Of a stretch of DNA of 64,000 bases, positions 50,402 to 59,500 are shown piece after piece. Where the stretch lies: the NCBI GenBank assembly GCA_043228905.1, contig JBHGNT010000013.1:4650001-4714000 (forward strand), read 5' to 3'. The notes under the pieces were generated by a model. The model did no database searches, had not been told where the DNA came from, and worked only from the letters and a program-made list of their open reading frames with translations. This DNA comes from Azolla caroliniana. Lineage: Eukaryota > Plantae > Polypodiophyta. Made by a program: the position numbers and the translations under genes. The stretch's first letter is position 1. Each line of letters opens with the position of its first letter.

Positions 50402-53037
50402 ACGTCCCATCAAGAATGGTTCAAAGACCTTTGAGAGCCGGATCGACCCGGTTATGTCGAGACCGGAGACAACACCACTCATCCGATTCAGCATGTCCGC
50501 AATGTCCCATTCGGGAAAGAAGGTGGTGAACAAACTTGTATAAAAAATGTCTTACATGTACCCACCATAACGATTCAACCAAGGAGGTTGCTTCATCGAG
50601 AAGGAAGGCCGATTAATTGCTCGTGGTCTAATGGAAGGCCGAATGTTTATCCTCGAAGCGAACGAGATATAATCGACCATGTTTGCAAAGGGCCTCAAAC
50701 TCAAGGCGATGCAATCGAAAGGAGTCGTCATTGGGCTCCTGAACTTCAAAGAGAAAGAGATTGAAGGAGTATGTGAAGCATGCCAATTCGGCAAGCAACA
50801 TCAACACCCGTTCCCGAAGGAGAGGAACGTGAGCAAAGGCCTATTGGACATAGTCCACTCAGATGTGTGGGGACCGGCACATACGGCTATGTTCGGAGGA
50901 TGTCGGTATTATGTTACCTTCATCGATGACTTCTCTAGATACACATGGATCTTTTCCATGAGGATGAAGAGCGAAGTGTTTACACACTTCCAAAAATTCA
51001 AAAGTGAAGTTGAAAAGACAACTGGGCGTCATGTACGATGTCTTCGGTTAGACGGAGGAAAGGAATACTTCTCCGATGCGTTCATGTCATACCTTCAACA
51101 AGAAGGAATTCGGCGAGAATTCACTTACCGACACACACCACAATAGAATGGTGTAGCCGAACACAAGAATTGGCACATCCTCGAAGTAGCAAGGGCCATG
51201 CTAAATGAGAAGCATATGCCCAAGTCATATTGGGCAGAAGCTGCAAATACCGTCGTCTACCTCATGAACCGGTGCACAACATCCGGAGTGCACGAGGTCA
51301 CCCCGCACGAGAAATACTATGGGAAGAAGCCGGATCTATCCCATGTAAGGATATTCGGCTCCATTGCGTACGTGCACATTCCCAATGAGAAGCGGCAGAA
51401 GCTTGACCCAAAATCAGAGAAGTGCATCCTTGTGGGGTACTCACAGGAGCAAAAGGGGTACAAGTGCTTCAACCCCTCTACTCAGAAGACTCGTGTAAGT
51501 CGGGATGTCATCTTTGTCGAATCGACATCATGGCACAAACCCAAGCCGACTCCTCCCGAACCATCTACGAACAACCTCGACAACACATAAGACGATGATC
51601 AACTAAGGTCAATACTCGAAGAGAGTCCAATCTCAACTAGATTGAGTGGACCACAAGAGCCTCCGAGCAACCAAAGCTCATCTCGGCCAAGTCTAAAGAT
51701 GGACAAAGGCAAGGCCAAAATGCCGGAATATGAAGACGATCACTTCGATGGCAACGAATCGACTCATTCACTCGATAGTGAGTTCGACGGCTTTGATGTG
51801 CCTCTTATGAGGTCACCCGGAGTTGAGAAAGCACTCACATCGGCAAATGAGAAACTCCGTCACTCCACTCAAGAGAAGAATCAGTTAGCCGATTCGGCTA
51901 CAACGACTATATGGCATACCACTATGCCTTTATGATGAAGGTGGCATCAGTTCGAGAACTAGAGAGCTTTGCCGAAGCCACTAAAGATCCTCGATGGGTC
52001 GAAGTGATGAACAAGGAGATGCAAGCTCTCATCAAGAATGAGACATGGGATCTTGTCCCTCACTCACCGCACAAGAAGGCAATCGGCTGTAGATGGATAT
52101 ACAAAGTGAAGTATAATGTCGACAGTTCCGTCAACCGCTACAAAGCTCAACTCGTAGCAAAGGGCTACGCACAAATACAAGGCGTCGACTATGAAGAGAA
52201 CTTTGCCCCAGTGGCAAAGATGACAACCATGCGAACCGTGATAGCGCTTGCAGCAGCGACAGGGTGGCACCTCCACTAGATGGATGTCAAGAATGCTTTT
52301 CTTCAAGGCAAATTAGAAGAGGAGGTGTACATGGTACAACCACCCAGCTTCGAATCCAACATTCATCCGAAAGCCATTTGCTGACTCAAGAAGCCTCTCT
52401 ATGGCCTTAAGCAAGCACCACGTGCTTAGCACTCAAAGATAACACAATATCTTCATCGAATCGGCTTCCGAATGTCAAAATCCGACAATTCTCTCTATGT
52501 AAGAAGCGATTCTGAAAGTCCGATCGTCATCATCCTGTACGTGGATGATCTAGTCATTGGAGGTGAGCATCTAATCGACATCCGATTCTCCTTTATTTAT
52601 CTGGCTCGGAACCCGGTGTTCCACACATGCACAAAGCATATCGAAGTGCACTATCACTTCATTCGAGAGCGTGTTCAAGCTGGCAATGTCGACCTTCAAC
52701 ATATGTCTATGAATCTTCAGACAACCAACATCTTCACCAAAGCCCTAGGAGCCGACAAGCTTCAGCAATTCCTGTCAGACCTTGGGTTGACGGTCCTTGA
52801 CTTGCCAAGCTTGAGAGGGAGTACGACTCGGATGTACCGGATACCGTCCAAACCGGATACGAGCCGAAGCGGACATCAACCGAAGTAGCCGACCAAAATT
52901 GAGCTTGAGGGGGCGTGTTGAGAATCAAGCTCAACCTAGTCTAGTGTGTGAACACACCCTTGAGAGTGTGCACTCAAAGATCAAAAGTCACCACTCTTAT
53001 CCACACATTAACTATGTGTCATAGAATCATATTCTAT

Positions 53038-53447
53038 TGTTATTCTCTTAGCCGGACAAGGCCTAACACAAGGTGTCACGGAGACACTTCACCAAAGGGT
53101 GATTACGGCATAGGATTAAGATTCAACGATTACACCGACTTACGTAGGTTACACGATTAGATTGCTTTGGTTAATTACACGCGTAAGATATAACAGTAAT
53201 TACAGAACGGAAATCAAGACAGAAATACAAACATCATAAGCTCTATTAATTATCCGTTGTCATTACAATGGGGTCCGGGCCTTTAAATAGGTTTCCGGCC
53301 CGTATTACAAAACGGTGTCTCTCGCACCTATTCGGGATCCGTCCGGATCTGGAACGGCATACCGTTTCCAGTCCGTCCGTCCACACTATGCTCATTTACA
53401 ACCATCTAATTAATTCCGTATTTTGGACTCCTTGCCGGCCGGTAACA
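53038..53447 (-). repeat. 3' LTR of I
   Basis: Direct repeat of 62462-62871. Confidence 0.96.
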
Positions 53448-53449
53448 CA

Positions 53450-53487
53450 TGGCACGCCCGTGGGACAGTACCTTGTACGTCGAACCC
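53450..53487 (-). other. tRNA-Arg 3'-end-like motif (inverted PBS) at the PPT position
   Basis: Element sense reads GGGTTCGA-CGTACAAGGTACT-GTCCCACGGGCGTGCCA, then TG, then the LTR. Homologous motif at 40435-40480. Confidence 0.7.
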
Positions 53488-53499
53488 TTCTCGGCCCCT

Positions 53500-56472
53500 T
53501 CATTGTTCACCCAAATTGTCCAAAATACTTGGTTCAAGAATTTCCGCTTGTTCTTTCGGTTGTGGTTGTTGCGGCTGTGCTTGCTGCTGCTGCTGTGATT
53601 GCGGTTGTGACTGAGGTTGCTCCGGCTGCTCTGCTTGCTGCTGCTGCTCCATTTGTTTCGCTGACTCCGGCTGCTCCGTTTGTCTCTCTGGCTCCGGCAT
53701 CTCCGTTTGACTGCTTCCGGTCCGGTCTCCTTCCAGTAACGGTTCCTCATCACTGAGGTTGACCGTAACTGGTTCTCGTTCTTTCTCTCCCCGGATCCGG
53801 GACCTCTCGTAGCTTTCAAACTGGATCTGCGCCTCCAGCCTGTCGTCGTCCAGCTGAGCTACAAGTTGCCGGACTTGCTCTAATTGGTCTTCTGCCAAGG
53901 CTTGAAAGTCTTCGGCCAGCTCATCTCTTATGCCGGTGAAGTCTTCGGAAGTCAGCATATAGCAATCATCTCCCTCCTTCCGCCGGTTCTCTACGTCAGC
54001 CCGGAGCAATTGGAGTTCCGCCGCGTTCGTGGCCCACTTGGTCCACCATTTGACGGAACTGTTGTCAATCAAGCTCTTGGTCTGGTTCAGCCAGGCCCGC
54101 ATTATATCTTGGATGCGACTTGCTCCCATCTGTGCTCTACTTTCCACCACTTGTCGCTCCTCCTTCAACTGCTTGATGAGGTTTGCCGTATCCTCCGCCT
54201 GCTCCCTGTAGCGCGTCAGCTGCCCTTGATATGTCGTTTGCAGCCTCTGCAGTACCTCCGCCGCTCTTTCTTTCTCCGCCTGCTGTTGTCTGAGGAGCTC
54301 TGTCCGAACCTTCTCCGCCTCTTCCAACCGTTTTCTGTTTTCCGCTTGTTCCTTGGCGAATGCGGTTGCGGTCCGATCAACTGCTTGCCGGAGCTCATCC
54401 ATCCGTTCCTTGTGCTCCGTTTGCAACCGTTTATACTCCCGGTGCAAGTTCTCAAATTCCTCTGTTTTGAGTTTGAGCTTGCCGTTGATCTGGCGATGGT
54501 TCCGGTCTTCCCGGTCCTTTACCTGCCGGAGTTCCTCTTTCAGGCGCTCTACTTCTGTTTCGGCGTTCCTCCGGAGTCTCTCCTTCTCTTGCAGCATTTT
54601 CTCCTTCTCCTCCTTGAGCCGGTCGTACGCTTGATGGCCTTTCCGTAAGCCCTCCTCGGCCCGGCGTAGATTCTCAGCAGTCTTTTTGAGTTCTGCCTCC
54701 GCTGCCGTCTTCAGTTCTCTTTCGCGGCTCCTCAGCGCTTCTTGGGCAGCAAGCTCATCCTTTAAATCCGCAAGCTCTTGTGCCGCATTTTTCTCCGGAA
54801 CGGTTTCCGTTGCCGGGGTCTGATTGCTATGTACAGGTTGATCTGACACTTTATTCTGTACACTGCCCGGAGTCACCGATGCTTGGACTTGTGTTTCCCT
54901 TGTGACCCTGTCCAAGTCTTGTTCAAGGCTCCGGATTCTGGACCGGGCCGTCTCTAGATCTACGGTTGTGACGAGCAACCGTTCCTGGTGCGCTCTCTCT
55001 TCCGCCTCTATATACTCGACCACTCCGGCGATTTGCTCGCCTACCCATCGTAGCCACATGCTACCGGTGCCTTGTTGTTGTACTGGTCGGGTCGGCTCAT
55101 TCCCTGTGGAATTGTCTGCTCTGAGTGCCTGCATATGCCGTTCTGGTTCTACTCCTTGGCCGCCGTGTGCTCTGGCTGGGCTCTCCGGCTGTTGAGTTCC
55201 GGTTCTCGCCGTCTCCAGAGCCGTTGGACTGACTTCTTCTATAGAAGTCGACAAGACCGGTTCCCTGCGCACCGGTTCCGGTTCTTCCCTTGTGGCTTGC
55301 TCAGGTTGAGTTGGGGGCGTTTCTGCCTCTCGCGGGTACGACCGCTCCCCTCCTGTCTCGGCGGTCCTACTTCTTGACCGTCGTTGGAGGTGCTCTTCTG
55401 GCTCCTCCGTTTCCTCTTCCTGTGTCACGGCATACTTCTGTGCCGTCAGGGGTTCCGGTTCCTTCTGTCCCGGTCTCCGTAAGGTTATCTTGACGGGTCG
55501 GACCGGTGACACCTCCTCCGGTTCTGGGACCCGTTTCTTCCCTTTCGTCGCCTTCGACGCCAGCAGCTGCTGTCGTTTGGACGCCGGCTTCGAGGTGCTT
55601 CCTTCCGATACTCTTGGCCGCTTCTTTGGCTGGACGGTCTCGACCGGCGGCACGAGCAATGTGATCCATTGAGCTACGGCGTGCCACAGCTTCCGGCCCT
55701 CCTTGCCGTCCTTCCCTCGTACCATGTCGATTGCCATGCACAACCCGTCTGCAATCAGCACCGGCCAGTCCACCTTGACCCCTTCATAGGTGGCTATGAT
55801 CATCCCTGCCCGATTTTTTGGCATGACAGGGGGTCGGGGGTACACGTGACCGTACTCGTGGAGCACTCGAGCTATCTCCCTGAATAGCGGATCTTCGCCG
55901 CCCTGCGTCCGATAGCCTTTGCCGGCAACAGAGTACTCACCGAAATATCGGGTGAGTTGCTCCGAGGTTGGGTTATCGATCTGAAAGATTCCTCCCTCCG
56001 GAAGGCCTGTTAGCGCGCGGATCGCTTCCTCAGTGATGACCTCTGTGGCGAGCTCCTTGATGACCCGGTCTGCTTCTCTGTGCGGCGGTGCCTCCATGAT
56101 GGCCAAGAACCCCTCCAGTCCGTTTTGCCTGAACCATTTCCTGGCCGCTTCCGACAGCGTTTGTGGTTCCATGTCTGCTTCAAGGTCGAGGGAAGATGGC
56201 GAAGTAGAGTGGTGATGAGAGTGAGAGCGAGAGAGAGAGCGTTCTGAGCGCGGGGGTTCTCTGCGTGCAGGTTCGCGTTTGCTCAGCTTCCACTGTCTTG
56301 GTGCTTCTGTACTTCTTGGCTCGCGAAATGAAAAGGTCTCCATGCGTTCTGCTTCTTCTTTGTGCGTTTTGGCGCCTTTTTCGAGCATGCACACGTCGTG
56401 TACTAATTTAGTATTAAGTAGCGTGGCGTCTCTTAAATGCCCACTACGTACCTTTTCGCGCCTCGCTTTCAC
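53500..56472 (-). CDS. Extra retrotransposon ORF2: plant-transposon-like N-terminal domain plus long coiled coil (probable start ATG 56172, ~890 aa)
   Basis: 990-codon open frame between pol and the 3' LTR, in the same sense as pol; conserved with element E from MEPQTL/MDYQTL onward. Confidence 0.85.
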   Translation of the reverse strand: MKARREKVRSGHLRDATLLNTKLVHDVCMLEKGAKTHKEEAERMETFSFREPRSTEAPRQWKLSKREPARREPPRSERSLSRSHSHHHSTSPSSLDLEADMEPQTLSEAARKWFRQNGLEGFLAIMEAPPHREADRVIKELATEVITEEAIRALTGLPEGGIFQIDNPTSEQLTRYFGEYSVAGKGYRTQGGEDPLFREIARVLHEYGHVYPRPPVMPKNRAGMIIATYEGVKVDWPVLIADGLCMAIDMVRGKDGKEGRKLWHAVAQWITLLVPPVETVQPKKRPRVSEGSTSKPASKRQQLLASKATKGKKRVPEPEEVSPVRPVKITLRRPGQKEPEPLTAQKYAVTQEEETEEPEEHLQRRSRSRTAETGGERSYPREAETPPTQPEQATREEPEPVRREPVLSTSIEEVSPTALETARTGTQQPESPARAHGGQGVEPERHMQALRADNSTGNEPTRPVQQQGTGSMWLRWVGEQIAGVVEYIEAEERAHQERLLVTTVDLETARSRIRSLEQDLDRVTRETQVQASVTPGSVQNKVSDQPVHSNQTPATETVPEKNAAQELADLKDELAAQEALRSRERELKTAAEAELKKTAENLRRAEEGLRKGHQAYDRLKEEKEKMLQEKERLRRNAETEVERLKEELRQVKDREDRNHRQINGKLKLKTEEFENLHREYKRLQTEHKERMDELRQAVDRTATAFAKEQAENRKRLEEAEKVRTELLRQQQAEKERAAEVLQRLQTTYQGQLTRYREQAEDTANLIKQLKEERQVVESRAQMGASRIQDIMRAWLNQTKSLIDNSSVKWWTKWATNAAELQLLRADVENRRKEGDDCYMLTSEDFTGIRDELAEDFQALAEDQLEQVRQLVAQLDDDRLEAQIQFESYERSRIRGEKEREPVTVNLSDEEPLLEGDRTGSSQTEMPEPERQTEQPESAKQMEQQQQAEQPEQPQSQPQSQQQQQAQPQQPQPKEQAEILEPSILDNLGEQ

Positions 56473-56544
56473 ACCCGTTCATACCTCGATTTTTAATGAT
56501 TTTTTTTTTTTTTTTTTTTAAATTTTTAATGACGGTGTGTGACC

Positions 56545-59500
56545 TTACACATCCGTAGGTCCCTCCGGACCCTGACCGTTTTCCTTACGGGTTGCCGTGT
56601 CTTCCTTCGTATTTACTACGGGTTCCCCGTCGTCTTTTTCTTCCGGATCAATCCGTACCGATCCCGGACAGGTTCCTGGTGTAGTGCCGGTGAGCTGCAT
56701 AAACGGGTTCTTTGGCATCGGTCCTTTATAGGGCTTTAGTCGAAATCCATTCACCCACTTGCCTAGTACTTCCCCGGCCAGTGTCCCTATCTGATAGGAC
56801 CCGTTGTATTCCCGTGTCAGCCAATACAGGCCTGTCCATCTGAACCGGAGTTTACCCGGCATCTTGCCCATCCTTGTTTGGAATACTAGCACCGGCTTTC
56901 CGATTTCGAACATCTTTTCGTTACCTTTCCGGTGACGGTCAACGAACGCTTTCCGTCGTCGTTGCTCCAGTTCCATGTGGAGGATGCTGGCCAGCCGTTG
57001 CTCCTCCAGTTCGCATAGTGCTGCTAGCCGTATTTCCTCCGACTTCTTTTCATTCAGCCGTTCCCGTAGTTGGATCCGTAAGCTTGGTACTTGAAACTCG
57101 ACCGGCATGACCGCTTCTAAGCCGAATGCTAACCGGAACGGCGTTGTCCGGATACTCGTTTTGTATGCCGTTCTGTACGCCCATAGCGCACTATGGAGCT
57201 TTGTGTCCCAGTCCGTCCGGTTTTCATTGACAATTTTGCGGAGAATGTTCTGCAGCGTTTTGTTGGTGGACTCTGCTAACCCGTTCGCCTGTGGGTAATA
57301 CGGTGTGCTTCTTTTATGGACCACGGCATAGAACGTTGTTAAGCTTTCCACTACCTGGCCGAGGAAATGCCCTCCTTGGTCGCTGATCAGTTCAATCGGA
57401 CATCCATATCGGCACCAAATGTTCTCGTACAGGAATTTTGCTGTGGATGACGCGGTGTTGTCTCTCAGGGCCTTAGCTTCCACCCATTTCGTGCAATAAT
57501 CCGTTGCCACGATGACATAACGATTACCCGTTCTCATTGCCGGTGGCTTGAACGGTCCGACAAAATCCAATCCCCACTTCTGGAATGGCTCTAGTGGAAG
57601 TACCGGTTGGTGTGGCATCCGTGCTTGCTCCGTAGGCTGGCCCATTCGTTGGCATAGGTCACATTCCTTAGCATACCTGACGGCATCTTTTAGCGTCGTG
57701 GGCCACCATAAGCCGCTCTGCCATACCTTTCTTGCCGTCGCTTCCCCGGCATAGTGTCCTCCGGCAACCCCACAGTGTGCTTCCCGTAAGATTACTTCTT
57801 TCTCGTCACTACGGACTGCCCGTCTCCATATTCCATCTGCTCCTTTGTGGTAGAGAGTGTCCCGTAACAGACAGAAATTGCGGCTCTGCACCGCCAGTCG
57901 TTTCCTCTCGTCCCGGTTCATTTCCTCCGGTGGCAGGCCCGTGCTTAGGAACTGGTGCATGTTTGTCAGCCATTTATCTTCTGATGCCACCGTGTCGTCC
58001 GCTGCCGTTTCCGGGGTGATACGGAATAACTCCGCGTCCGGGAATTCATCCGCTACTCCGTCGCCTGGTTCTCCGGACTCTAACTGGCTCAGGTAGTCTG
58101 CTACGGCATGCTGGATACCGGGCCGGTGGAAAATCTCGAATTCGAACTCCTGCAACAGCAAGGTCCAACGGGCCAACTTACCGGTCAGGGACGCCTTGGA
58201 CACTAAGTACAGAAGCGCCGAGTGATCCACATGAAAGGAGAACTTCCTTCCCAATAGGTAGTGCCGAAACTTTGTGACACTGTAGATCATGCCGAGGGCC
58301 TCCCGTTCCGTCGTTGAATAGTTCTTCTCCGCTTGGGACAGCTTCCGGCTGGCGTAATATACCGGCCGGTACCATTTGGGCTCCGTAAGCTGCATTAAGG
58401 CGCTGCCAATAGCGATGTCGGACGCGTCCACGAACACGTGAAATTCCTTGCTCCAATCCGGAGGCTGCACGACGGGTGCTTGCGATAAAAGTACCTTCAA
58501 GGCATTGTATGCCTTATCCTCCGTATCCGTCCATTGGAACGGTGTCCGATGTACCGCGGTGTGTAATGGTGTAGCCAAGTCAGCCAAGTGACGGAGCATC
58601 CGGCTGTGCCACCGGATCTGTCCTAAGAATCGGCTTAGTGCTTTGGCCGTTTTCGGCGCCGGTGCCCCTAGTATGGCGTTTACTTTGTCCGGGTCGACCG
58701 CAATGCCCTCCTTACTTACAATGTGTCCCAGCAATATTCCACTTGAAACCCCGAAGATGCATTTTGCTGGATTTAAGCTTAGCCGGTATAACCTACACTT
58801 TTCAAGGCATAACCGTAGGTGCTGCAAATGGTCTTTTCCCCGGCTATAGACTGCAAAATCATCCAGGAAAACTTGCATGAAGGCAGGGATGTATTCTCCG
58901 AAGATCTCCATGATGATTCGCTGGAAAGTTGCTGGTGCCGTTTTTAGGCCGAACATCATGACTTCGGCCACAAACACCCCCCATTCGGTGACGAACGCTG
59001 TCTTCTCCTGGTCGTCCGGGTGCATCCGGATTTGATTGTACCCGCTGAACCCGTCTAGAAAGCTATAAACTTCATGACCGGCGACGGCATCCAGTACTCC
59101 ATCCGTGAACGGAAGAGGGAATGCATCCGTAATTGTGGCGGCATTTAGTTTCCTGTAATCTACACACACACGGATTTTACCGTTCTTCTTGGGGACGACG
59201 ACGATGGGGCTCAGCCACGTCGCTTTCTTTACCGGCCGGATGAAGCCCACTCTTAGGAGTTTGTCGATTTCCTCTTTTACTTTGGCGGCGTAGTTGGGGT
59301 TCATTCGGTATCGTCGTTGCGCCACTGGTTTCGCGTCCTTGCCTAAGTGGATCTGATGCTGATATAATTGAGGGTCCAGCCCTCGCATGTCTTCGTATGA
59401 CCAGGCGAATACGTCGCGAAACTCCGTGAGAAGTTTGATCATCGCCGCTTTATCTTCCGGCTTCATTTCTTTGGCGATGTGTACCGGCTTTGATTCGTCC

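Noticed and set aside
53500-56472. Calling ORF2 a retroviral envelope or a captured host myosin/SMC gene
   Set aside because: No clear signal peptide, TM span or ATPase motif; coiled-coil similarity would be compositional.
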